NCBI GenBank assembly: GCA_947581835.1
Contig: CANPVV010000004.1
Coordinates: 1 to 63,531 of the forward strand
Reading direction: 5' to 3'
Length of the DNA: 63,531 bases
DNA from: an uncultured Bacilli bacterium
Lineage (GTDB): Bacteria > Bacillota_I > Bacilli_A > RF39 > UBA660
Both the position numbers and the translations under genes were made by a program. Of the stretch, positions 18,846 to 26,652 are shown one piece after another. The notes under the pieces are model-generated. The model worked only from the letters and a program-made list of their open reading frames with translations, searched no databases and was not told the DNA's origin. Within the stretch, counting starts at the first letter, position 1. The number at the start of each line of letters is the position of its first letter.

Positions 18846-20480
18846 TTAAACTTCTTGAACAACAGCAATAATCATTGGTTTACATTCAGTTTCGCCATAT
18901 AGATAGTTACTTAATTCGTCTCTTATTTCAGTTTTTATTTTATTATAATCAACATAATTTGGAGTTATATTTCTTTCAATAATAGTAGTACTTATCTTTT
19001 TTATTTCACTAATCATGTCTAAGCTATCTTTAATATAGATAAAGCCACGAGTAGTTACTTCGGGTCCTACTAATAAAATTTTATCTTGTTTGGAGATAGT
19101 AGCACTAATTAAGACTATACCATTTTCGCTTAACATTTCACGGTCTTTGATAACTAATTCACCAACGTCATCTGAGGAATTTCCATCAATTAGGCAATCA
19201 TTTACTTTTATTTTATTGGTAGTATTTTGAAGTTCTCCATTTAGGAATTCGACTACTTCACCATTTTGTTTTAAAATAATATTTTCACTAGGCATACCAA
19301 GAGAACTAGCTAAATCAGCATTACCAACCATGTAACGATACTCACCTTTTACTGGCATATAATATTTAGGACGCATAAGTTTAATCATTTGCATTAAATC
19401 TTCACTTGAGGCATGGTGAAGTATCATTTTATCATTAGGAATATTAACTATTTCACAACCAAATTCGGCTAAATCATTTTCGAGTTTAACTAAAACTTTT
19501 TCATTGCTGTCATAACGTGGTTCAGAGAATACTATAGTATCATTGTTTTTAAGTTTGATAAATTTGTCATAACCATTGTAGATTTTAGATAAAGAAGAAT
19601 AAGGACTGGCTTTATCATCACAGATTAGCAAAATAGCATTGTTATCGTTGATATTAGTTAAATCGCCTAGCATATCATCATTGATATGAAGGTATCCATT
19701 GTTTAGACCAAAATTAATCATATTTTGAAGTCTTTTTCCCATAATAATAATTTTACGATGAGAGTTAGTGGCTGCTTCAAATATTTCTTCGATAGTATAA
19801 AGGTGAGTTGGTAAAACCATAAACATGATTCGACCTTCAGCTTTTTTGATAGCTTTTTTAAATACTTCAATTAATTTATGATTAGGAGAAGTGTGTCCAA
19901 TATTTTCACTGTAAACTGATTCAGATAATAAACATAAAACTCCTAATTTACCAATATAGGCAATTTTACCTAAATCCATATCATAAGCACCCATCATAGA
20001 AGGATCAAAAATAAAATCTCCAGTATAACAGATGGCTCCATCTTTAGTGTTTATAACATACATGACGGCATCAGGAGCACTATGGGATACGGATATTGGG
20101 AAAATACTTACATGGCCAAAATTTAATTTTTTATGAGCTTGGATTTCAATAATATTATCAGCACTTACACCCATTTCCATTAAAACGTATTTAGTAAATT
20201 TGGTCGCGTATACTTTTAAATTAGGGATTACGGATAATAAATCAGCAGTTGCTCCCATATTTTCATAGTGGCCATGAGTTATAAATAAGCCTTTTATTCT
20301 TTTTCGATTTTTAACTAAATAAGAAAAATCGGGAATAATATAGTCTATACCTAACATATTACCACTGGCGTATTTTAATCCACAGTCAAAGATAAATAAA
20401 TCTTTATCAATTTCAATTATATACATATTTTTGCCATTTTCGTCTAGTCCACCCAAACTAAAAATCTTTATTTTACTCAT
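18846..20480 (-). CDS. rnjB: RNase J paralogue with degenerate metal-binding motifs (RNase J2-like)
   Basis: The protein is collinear with the canonical copy at 44268. However, HGHEDH is replaced by HGHYEN, HTSGH by HHASS and MHGEY by VKGEY. The start at 20480 follows GGAGTGA. Confidence 0.8.
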   Translation of the reverse strand: MSKIKIFSLGGLDENGKNMYIIEIDKDLFIFDCGLKYASGNMLGIDYIIPDFSYLVKNRKRIKGLFITHGHYENMGATADLLSVIPNLKVYATKFTKYVLMEMGVSADNIIEIQAHKKLNFGHVSIFPISVSHSAPDAVMYVINTKDGAICYTGDFIFDPSMMGAYDMDLGKIAYIGKLGVLCLLSESVYSENIGHTSPNHKLIEVFKKAIKKAEGRIMFMVLPTHLYTIEEIFEAATNSHRKIIIMGKRLQNMINFGLNNGYLHINDDMLGDLTNINDNNAILLICDDKASPYSSLSKIYNGYDKFIKLKNNDTIVFSEPRYDSNEKVLVKLENDLAEFGCEIVNIPNDKMILHHASSEDLMQMIKLMRPKYYMPVKGEYRYMVGNADLASSLGMPSENIILKQNGEVVEFLNGELQNTTNKIKVNDCLIDGNSSDDVGELVIKDREMLSENGIVLISATISKQDKILLVGPEVTTRGFIYIKDSLDMISEIKKISTTIIERNITPNYVDYNKIKTEIRDELSNYLYGETECKPMIIAVVQEV

Positions 20481-20610
20481 ACTAATCACTCCATTTCAAA
20501 ATATAGATAAATAAAAAAAGTTCTAAGGCTTTTTTAATTATATCAAAAAACGGGAATAGTTGCAAGTACTCTAAAAAAGTATAATAAAAAGAAAATGAGA
20601 AAGGAGTTTT

Positions 20611-20856
20611 TTAATCATATAATCCTCCATATTTTGCTAATAATTTTTTATATAAAGATTCAGACATAGTACCATTTATAACATATTTTTTAGCATTCAT
20701 TTCAAGCTCATCAAATTTTAAATCATAAAAGAACCAGTCTCTTGCAGCATGAAATTTTTCTAATTCTTCAATTTCTTCTAAAACACTTTTGGGAAGTTTA
20801 GATAAATCTATCTCTATACTTCTGTCTATCATTTCATGAAATAAGTCTTTGTCCAT
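20611..20856 (-). CDS. Small acidic protein, function unknown
   Basis: 81-aa ORF with a GGAGGTGA RBS, directly upstream of the RNase J2-like gene. Confidence 0.5.
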   Translation of the reverse strand: MDKDLFHEMIDRSIEIDLSKLPKSVLEEIEELEKFHAARDWFFYDLKFDELEMNAKKYVINGTMSESLYKKLLAKYGGLYD

Positions 20857-20939
20857 AATGTCACCTCCTTAATAGTTATTTTTATATTATCAAAAATGAG
20901 CAAAGATTTATTTAATCTTTACTCACGTAATATATTAAA

Positions 20940-20992
20940 AGGCCGTAAAGGGTTGGCCTCTTGCCCATATATGATATAGCAATATGGGCAAG
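20940..20992 (-). terminator. Tandem hairpins terminating the 653-aa secreted-protein gene
   Basis: An 11-bp perfect stem CTTGCCCATAT/ATATGGGCAAG (20960-70 with 20982-92) is followed on the minus strand by GGCC-loop-GGCC plus TTTT (20940-59). Confidence 0.55.
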
Positions 20993-21020
20993 AATTACTA
21001 AAAAGCAAATAATAATTCTA

Positions 21021-22982
21021 TTAAGTTTTTATCATATAAGGATTTTCTATTGTACCATCTCCAGTAAATCTAGTATTAGATTTTAAATTAATTACCGGTC
21101 TAACACCATCACCTCTCCCTCGTATACTTGAACTATAATCTAAATATCCAGCATTTATAATGTAAAAAATATGGCATTCTGAAACTTTACCTCCTAAAAC
21201 TGGTGTCATAGTCCAAAAGCCAGAATTAGTCCAAAGCCAATAACTATAATTAGTTCCATAATTAGCACCTCCAGCAAATACTACTTCATCGGCTGTAATT
21301 AAGCCCACTGGTAAAGACAAGCTTTCATTACCATTTCCTTGATCATTGCTCATAGTAAATAAATCATTTTCTTTCAACTCACACCTAAACGTTGGCTGTT
21401 TCATCAAAGTTATTCTTTTATAAGCACCATAATATGTATTAACTGTACCAAATCCGTATTTTGACTTATCCATCAATGAACTATTTGAAATATTATCATA
21501 TTGATAAGGGGTTCTATCATTACAAAAGCCTGTCGCTCCATCAATATATTTTCTATATTCCTCTTTTATTCCATTATTTCCATTATACCAAGTCTCTAGC
21601 ATTGTTTTTATCTTACTATTATTTTTATTTTTATGAGTTTCATTATAAGGAATATCATTACCAGTAAAAGTTTCACCTTTTGCTCCATACATAAATCCTA
21701 CATTAGCATTATCTTCGCCGGATTCACCGTAGTTACTTTTTTCTGATAATTGTCCAACTGTTGAATTTTTTGTCCAATAGCCATACCCACTTAAGCCTTC
21801 AGAAGTAGTATTTATTATTGAAGCGTTAGCTACCGATATTGGTTCCCCTTCACCAGCATAAATTAAACGTATAGTTCCATTTCCATTTATTCGAATTATC
21901 CGCCATGTTTTTCCAGCAAAGCTTACCCAATTGTTATTAACTGTCCCTCGATAATAATAAGTAGTACCGTAATCATCTTCTCCTTTAAATACTCCATTTT
22001 CGTCAAATGTACAATCTCCAGTACTATGAGCTTCATTTCCACCAGTTCCTTTAGCGCAAGCTGTCCCGGCAAAAGAAGCAGGAGCATTTTTAACGTCAGT
22101 TATTCCTAAATCAGCCAATACTTCTTCTGGTGTTTGAACTTCTAATTTATCAAAATATAAATAGCAACTTGTACCACTTTTTGTTAAATTAGTTACTCTT
22201 AACTCTCCATTTGCCCACTTTAGACTTGCTCCACTACTACAACTACTTTGTTCGTTCAAATAATATCCAGCTTGAGGTATTTCACTTACCTCTTTATAAT
22301 CGTCATCGTCTCTCACATATACTGCCATTACATTTATATCAGGTGTCTTATTTGCTTCCTCTACTGTAACTTCTCCTTCAAATCCTTTGCCAATATCTTC
22401 ATTTTGTATTTCATTTAAATTTGGATATTCTAATACTACATAATAATATACTATTTCTCCTGGCTTAGCCTTTGATTGTATTCGCTCATCATTAACAAGC
22501 ACAACAGTTTGTTCTAAACTATTTGCCTCTATTTCACCACTTCCAATAACTTCACCTAATTTACTTTCATTATTTATAGTACACTTTTCACTTAATGCTT
22601 TCCCTCCGGCTACTGTTTCCCAAACTTTATTACAACTTATACTTACACCTTCTTGCATTTCTTTTACTTTATATACTGTATAATTTATTTTTGTATTTAA
22701 TGTGTTATCACCTTTCCAAACTAAATTATAATATATTAATTCATTACCTACAGCACTCACTTTCAAAGCACTTATATCTTTATGTCCTGGAAGCATATTA
22801 TTATAATTAAATTCTAATGTTCCTTCTATCGTTAACTCAGTATTTTTTATACTCGCCGTTACAACCGTTGTAAATGCACCTTCACCACTACCTATTATTT
22901 TACCTGTAAAATAAGCAAATGTAATTCCAATTACTGGCATTAATATTCCCATTAATACCATTAGTCTTTTATTCTTTTTCAT
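21021..22982 (-). CDS. Secreted protein with TasA/SipW-type signal peptide and a conserved C-terminal domain shared with 60138-61448
   Basis: The N-terminus MKKNKRLMVLMGILMPVIGITFAYFTG carries the (T)FAYF(T/S) motif of SipW-dependent TasA/camelysin-like proteins, followed by LPGH(D)-type beta-rich sequence. The C-terminal blocks WRIIRINGNGTIRLIY, GFCNDRTPY, GLITADEV and VRPVINLK recur in the paralogue. Confidence 0.75.
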   Translation of the reverse strand: MKKNKRLMVLMGILMPVIGITFAYFTGKIIGSGEGAFTTVVTASIKNTELTIEGTLEFNYNNMLPGHKDISALKVSAVGNELIYYNLVWKGDNTLNTKINYTVYKVKEMQEGVSISCNKVWETVAGGKALSEKCTINNESKLGEVIGSGEIEANSLEQTVVLVNDERIQSKAKPGEIVYYYVVLEYPNLNEIQNEDIGKGFEGEVTVEEANKTPDINVMAVYVRDDDDYKEVSEIPQAGYYLNEQSSCSSGASLKWANGELRVTNLTKSGTSCYLYFDKLEVQTPEEVLADLGITDVKNAPASFAGTACAKGTGGNEAHSTGDCTFDENGVFKGEDDYGTTYYYRGTVNNNWVSFAGKTWRIIRINGNGTIRLIYAGEGEPISVANASIINTTSEGLSGYGYWTKNSTVGQLSEKSNYGESGEDNANVGFMYGAKGETFTGNDIPYNETHKNKNNSKIKTMLETWYNGNNGIKEEYRKYIDGATGFCNDRTPYQYDNISNSSLMDKSKYGFGTVNTYYGAYKRITLMKQPTFRCELKENDLFTMSNDQGNGNESLSLPVGLITADEVVFAGGANYGTNYSYWLWTNSGFWTMTPVLGGKVSECHIFYIINAGYLDYSSSIRGRGDGVRPVINLKSNTRFTGDGTIENPYMIKT

Positions 22983-23046
22983 CTAACTTTCTTACCCTTC
23001 TATCATAGAAATTTCTAGTTTATAAATAAATTATAGTACATGATAT

Positions 23047-23072
23047 GTCAAAAGTCAATAAAAAAGTCAATA
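23047..23072. promoter_or_regulatory. GTCAA direct repeats in the divergent promoter region
   Basis: GTCAA occurs at 23047, 23054 and 23066. The 10-mer AAAGTCAATA is repeated at 23051-60 and 23063-72. These resemble the GTCGAA repeats downstream of both regulator genes. Confidence 0.3.
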
Positions 23073-23132
23073 TTTCGGCAATATTATTTTTAAAAATAAA
23101 AATCATGAGAAAATGAATTTTAGGTGATTACT

Positions 23133-23588
23133 ATGTATTATAAGAAAAGACTAAATGAAATAAGAACTTTAAATGATATAAGTCAAAAAAAACTAGCTCA
23201 AATGTTAAATATTTCACCTTACACTTATAGTCATTATGAAACTGAAGATACCATTATACCTTTAAAACATTTAGTTACTCTTTGCAATTACTTTAATGTA
23301 TCTTTAGATTACATTTTTAATTTTAATAATATTGAAAATTACCCTAATTCTAAAAAAGAATTGGACTTAAATCTTGCAAGTACAAGATTAAAAGAATTTA
23401 GAAAAGAAAATAATTTAACTCAAAAAGAACTCGCTAACAAATTAAATGTTGCAAGAACTATTATAACTGAATATGAAAAAGCTCATTATTTAATTTCACT
23501 TCATGCTTTATATACTATTTGTAAAACTTATAAAATATCAGCTGATTATTTATTAGGAAGAATTGATAAACCTAAGTATTTAGAGTAA
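23133..23588 (+). CDS. XRE-family regulator with two tandem HTH domains (module 1)
   Basis: Two HTH_3-like units (ISQKKLAQMLNISPYTYSHYE... and LTQKELANKLNVARTIITEYE...). The start follows AGGTGA. Confidence 0.85.
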   Translation: MYYKKRLNEIRTLNDISQKKLAQMLNISPYTYSHYETEDTIIPLKHLVTLCNYFNVSLDYIFNFNNIENYPNSKKELDLNLASTRLKEFRKENNLTQKELANKLNVARTIITEYEKAHYLISLHALYTICKTYKISADYLLGRIDKPKYLE

Positions 23589-23605
23589 TGTCGAATTTTG
23601 TCGAA
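23589..23605 (+). promoter_or_regulatory. Candidate operator: TGTCGAA-N3-TGTCGAA direct repeat (module 1)
   Basis: Two heptamers lie in 10-bp register, 16 nt upstream of the -35 box. An identical element sits at 24443-24459. Confidence 0.4.
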
Positions 23606-23614
23606 CGATTTTTC

Positions 23615-23642
23615 TTGATTATTTTTATTTATTATTTATAAT
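23615..23642 (+). promoter_or_regulatory. Sigma-A-like promoter TTGATT-N16-TATAAT (module 1 small-ORF RNA)
   Basis: The hexamers were read directly. The predicted start (~23649-23651) coincides with the 5' arm of the closing helix. Confidence 0.5.
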
Positions 23643-23650
23643 AGTTTTTC

Positions 23651-23901
23651 GAGCGTTAGGACTTGCGTCTACTAATTCTGACATATTTATTGCCTCCCTT
23701 ACAAAACTTCTTAGGGGGTTTTGGAGAAAGGAATGATATGAATTTATTAGTCTTTTTAAAAGCAATTTTATTTAAGATAATTGGTTTATTTTCGGATAAA
23801 CCAAAAAAGGCGCAAACACCAATCATTATTATTGTGAGTAACAGTAATAATGTTAGTGTAAGCGTTTCTCCAAAAGAGTAGACGTTTTGCTCCTAACGCT
23901 C
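23651..23901 (+). other. Structured ~251-nt RNA domain closed by 5'-3' pairing, containing a small ORF (module 1)
   Basis: GAGCGTTAGGA (23651-61) pairs with TCCTAACGCTC (23891-901). CGTCTAC (23666-72) pairs with GTAGACG (23878-84). Confidence 0.5.
23738..23881 (+). CDS. Small hydrophobic peptide, 47 aa (module 1)
   Basis: The SD GGAGAAAGG lies 6 nt upstream of the ATG. The peptide is MNLLVFLKAILFKIIGLFSDKPKKAQTPIIIIVSNSNNVSVSVSPKE. The 72-aa track ORF is an in-frame extension lacking an RBS. Confidence 0.4.
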   Translation: MNLLVFLKAILFKIIGLFSDKPKKAQTPIIIIVSNSNNVSVSVSPKE

Positions 23902-23989
23902 TACTAATTTGATTTTAACATAATATTTTTAAATATACAATTATTTTTTATTAATTTAAAAATATAACTTGCTTTTTGTGGTGATATAA

Positions 23990-24442
23990 ATGATTTATAA
24001 TAATTTAAGGAAAATTAGGGAAAGAATTGGTATTTTGCAACAAGAAATTGCGAATAATTTAGGAGTTACAAAATCGGCTTATTGTAGATATGAAAACGAG
24101 ATGGATATTATACCTCTTAAGCATTTAATTAAAGTTACTAAAATTTTAAATGTTTCAATTGATTATGTATTTGATTTTACAAACAATTTGCAATATAAAA
24201 ATATATCTTCAGAAGTAGATTTAGTTAATAGTGGAAAAAGGCTTAAAGATTTTAGAAAAGAAATGGGATTAACGCAAAAACAATTATCTGAAGAATTAAA
24301 TGTAGCTCGCTCTATATTTTATTTATATGAAAGTGGTAAATATTTAATATCTACACATTTATTATATGATATATGTAAAAGATACAAAATATCAGCTGAT
24401 TATTTATTAGGAAGAATCGATAAACCTAAGTATTTAGAGTAG
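23990..24442 (+). CDS. XRE-family regulator with two tandem HTH domains (module 2)
   Basis: Paralogue of 23133-23588. The last ~19 codons are nearly identical at the nucleotide level, while the rest has diverged. Confidence 0.85.
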   Translation: MIYNNLRKIRERIGILQQEIANNLGVTKSAYCRYENEMDIIPLKHLIKVTKILNVSIDYVFDFTNNLQYKNISSEVDLVNSGKRLKDFRKEMGLTQKQLSEELNVARSIFYLYESGKYLISTHLLYDICKRYKISADYLLGRIDKPKYLE

Positions 24443-24459
24443 TGTCGAATTTTGTCGAA
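24443..24459 (+). promoter_or_regulatory. Candidate operator: TGTCGAA-N3-TGTCGAA direct repeat (module 2)
   Basis: Same sequence and same 16-nt distance to the -35 box as in module 1. Confidence 0.4.
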
Positions 24460-24468
24460 CGAAATTTC

Positions 24469-24497
24469 TTGATTAAAGGTTTTTTTAATTTTAGAAT
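24469..24497 (+). promoter_or_regulatory. Sigma-A-like promoter TTGATT-N17-TAGAAT (module 2 small-ORF RNA)
   Basis: The hexamers were read directly. The predicted start lies next to the 5' arm at 24506. Confidence 0.45.
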
Positions 24498-24505
24498 AAA
24501 TACTT

Positions 24506-24759
24506 GAACATTTAAGGCGAAGTGCCTACTTTAGTGTTTTCCTTTCCAAACTATCCTTTACTGAGATTTCAGGGGGTTAGATTTTGTAAAGGAGGTACTT
24601 AAAGTTATGTTAAAAGTAATTTTAACATTATATGTTGTTACAACAAGTGTTGTAACAATAGAAAAGACACTTTTCTTTATCAACATGAATATACACATTG
24701 ACATTAAGATAAGTGTCAACAAAAAGTAATTTTTGTAGGCATTTAGTCCTTAAATGTTC
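24506..24759 (+). other. Structured ~254-nt RNA domain closed by 5'-3' pairing, containing a small ORF (module 2)
   Basis: GAACATTTAAGG (24506-17) pairs with CCTTAAATGTTC (24748-59). TGCCTAC (24523-29) pairs with GTAGGCA (24735-41). There is also an internal perfect 10-bp hairpin at 24635-44 with 24649-58. Confidence 0.5.
24607..24729 (+). CDS. Small hydrophobic peptide, 40 aa (module 2)
   Basis: The SD AAAGGAGG lies 9 nt upstream of the ATG. The peptide is MLKVILTLYVVTTSVVTIEKTLFFINMNIHIDIKISVNKK. It falls below the ORF-track size cut-off. Confidence 0.4.
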   Translation: MLKVILTLYVVTTSVVTIEKTLFFINMNIHIDIKISVNKK

Positions 24760-24809
24760 TACAATTTAAGTTTAACATAATATTTTTAAATATACAATTA
24801 TTTTTTTAG

Positions 24810-25610
24810 TTAATTTAGTTTGATATTGTTATTTTCTTCTTTAATTATTTCACTTAAATAAGATAGTTCTAAACCTTTATAATTTATTTCTTTGATTAAC
24901 ATTTTGACATCTATTAAATTAGCATTTTTAGATATTAAAATAATACTACCGCTGTTTAATTCTTTTTTGATATCAATATAGTTAGTGCTAGTTAATATAA
25001 GAGGTTCTACTAAGTAATTATGATATTTTTGACATATATTAAATAAAGAAGGATTTAAAACACAGATATTTTTATTTTCTTTATTTATATTTAGATCATT
25101 TTCTAATTCTTTAAAGTTTTTTAAATCATTGTTTAAGGGTTCAAAATAGTTATTTTTGTGATATGTATTTTTGGTTACTAATAAAGAGGATTTTAGATTG
25201 TTATCTTTTAAATAGGTACTTATTGTATTTTCTTCTTCTAATATAAGACTTACTTTATTTAGTTTGGGATTACCTTTTATGATTATTTTATCTTTATTAT
25301 TTTCTAAAGAAATATCGGGTTTTACTTGATTAAAGATAAGAAAATATTTATTAAAAACGTCTAATTCATGCATTTTATAGAATGAATCTTTAAGATTTAC
25401 TTCAAGACCATTTAATCCTGGTATGATATATTCACCTTCAATTATAGCATTAACACTTTTTAATTCATATTCATCCTTCTTTTCTTTTATTTCTTGCATT
25501 AAAGGATTTTTATTTAAAACAATACTTGCGATTTGTTCAGTGTAATAAAAACTAAAAACCATAATTAAAGAGAGACCTAAATATTTATAAAACTTTTTCA
25601 AATTAGTCAC
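24810..25610 (-). CDS. Membrane-anchored protein, function unknown
   Basis: 266 aa with an N-terminal TM helix. No catalytic motif recognised. Confidence 0.55.
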   Translation of the reverse strand: MTNLKKFYKYLGLSLIMVFSFYYTEQIASIVLNKNPLMQEIKEKKDEYELKSVNAIIEGEYIIPGLNGLEVNLKDSFYKMHELDVFNKYFLIFNQVKPDISLENNKDKIIIKGNPKLNKVSLILEEENTISTYLKDNNLKSSLLVTKNTYHKNNYFEPLNNDLKNFKELENDLNINKENKNICVLNPSLFNICQKYHNYLVEPLILTSTNYIDIKKELNSGSIILISKNANLIDVKMLIKEINYKGLELSYLSEIIKEENNNIKLN

Positions 25611-25650
25611 CTAAAAAATTATATGCAAAAAAAATTAGCTAAAAACTAGT

Positions 25651-26010
25651 TTAGCCAATTTCTTTTTTAATTAGATCAGCTCCTCTTTTAGGATCTTGCA
25701 AAAGTATTTCATATACCATTCTATTTTTCTTAAGTTCATCAATAAAGATTATTTCTTCGCGAGTCATTTGAACATATTGCTCTTCTTTTTTATTATCGCT
25801 TATCTTAATCAAATAGTCGGCTCCTAAAAGATAATCCGCACTTACACCAAAGACGTGTATCATCTCGATAACTGCTTCTAAAGTTGGATTTCGTGTCTCT
25901 TTTTCATAACAGCATATAGCTGATTTACCGACACCGATTAACTCTCCTAATTCTGTCTGTGTTAAACCTTTTTGTTTCCTGACCTCTCTTAGTCTTGCAC
26001 CGTTTAACAT
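25651..26010 (-). CDS. XRE-family HTH transcriptional regulator
   Basis: LREVRKQKGLTQTELGELIGVGKSAICCYEKE is a classic HTH_3 sequence. Confidence 0.85.
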   Translation of the reverse strand: MLNGARLREVRKQKGLTQTELGELIGVGKSAICCYEKETRNPTLEAVIEMIHVFGVSADYLLGADYLIKISDNKKEEQYVQMTREEIIFIDELKKNRMVYEILLQDPKRGADLIKKEIG

Positions 26011-26135
26011 CTTCCCATCACCCTCGTTTTCATAAACAGATTATAACTTTAGTTAGCAATTATTTGTAAATTTTCCACCTATGGTAAAAAATACATAGTA
26101 TTTTTGACAAAATATCAATATTATTGAGTATTTTA

Positions 26136-26462
26136 TTAAGACTTAGGGGTTGATGATATAAATGATACTTTATCTGCGATTACTTCAATTACTTGCTTTT
26201 TTTGGTTATCTTCTGTTTCGTATGTTCTTGATTGGAGCTTGCCTTTTACACCAAGGACATCGCCTTTATGACAATAATCTTTGGTAGCACTGGCTATGCC
26301 ATTCCATAAAACACATTTGATAAAATCAGCATCATAAATACCATCAGCATTTCGGTAATCTCTTGAGACGGCAATAGTAATAATTGTTCTTTTAGTTCCA
26401 TCAGTGTTTTCTTTTACTTCCGGATCTTTAGTTAATCTACCGACTAAGGTTACATTATTCAT
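26136..26462 (-). CDS. ssb: Single-stranded DNA-binding protein, short form lacking the acidic C-terminal tail (SsbB-like)
   Basis: OB-fold signature MNNVTLVGRLTKDPEV...FIKCVLWN...VKGKLQSRTYE. At 108 aa it has no DDxPF tail. Confidence 0.8.
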   Translation of the reverse strand: MNNVTLVGRLTKDPEVKENTDGTKRTIITIAVSRDYRNADGIYDADFIKCVLWNGIASATKDYCHKGDVLGVKGKLQSRTYETEDNQKKQVIEVIADKVSFISSTPKS

Positions 26463-26652
26463 GAATATTCCTCCTTCCTTACGAAGAATATAACATGAAT
26501 ATTTTGATGGAACAAAAACAGATTTTTAGGTTTCTTTATAGCAGAAATTTATAAATCTGCTAGCAAATTTTAATAAATCTGCTAAGCTAATTTTATCATT
26601 TTGGAAAATTTTATATTTATGTGTAAACTTTACATTTCTTAACATTCCTTTT

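Noticed and set aside
23663-23881. 72-aa form of the module-1 small ORF as given in the ORF track
   Set aside because: The upstream TTG has no SD and begins inside the 5' helix arm. The internal ATG at 23738 has a well-spaced GGAGAAAGG, so the 47-aa form is preferred.
23902-23989. Possible antisense (antitoxin-type) promoter reading back into the small ORFs from the conserved 35-mer
   Set aside because: On the minus strand only weak hexamers are seen (TTGTAT / TATATT) with unsuitable spacing, and upstream sequence is not shared between the two units. An antisense RNA is therefore not supported by sequence alone and remains open for RNA-seq.
26463-26652. TACGAAGAATA upstream of the short ssb gene resembling the streptococcal ComX (cin) box, plus TAGCAGATTTAT direct repeats
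   Set aside because: The TACGAA element is on the wrong strand relative to ssb. The repeats are short and sit in the sufB terminator / ssb promoter zone, so evidence for a competence regulon site is insufficient.
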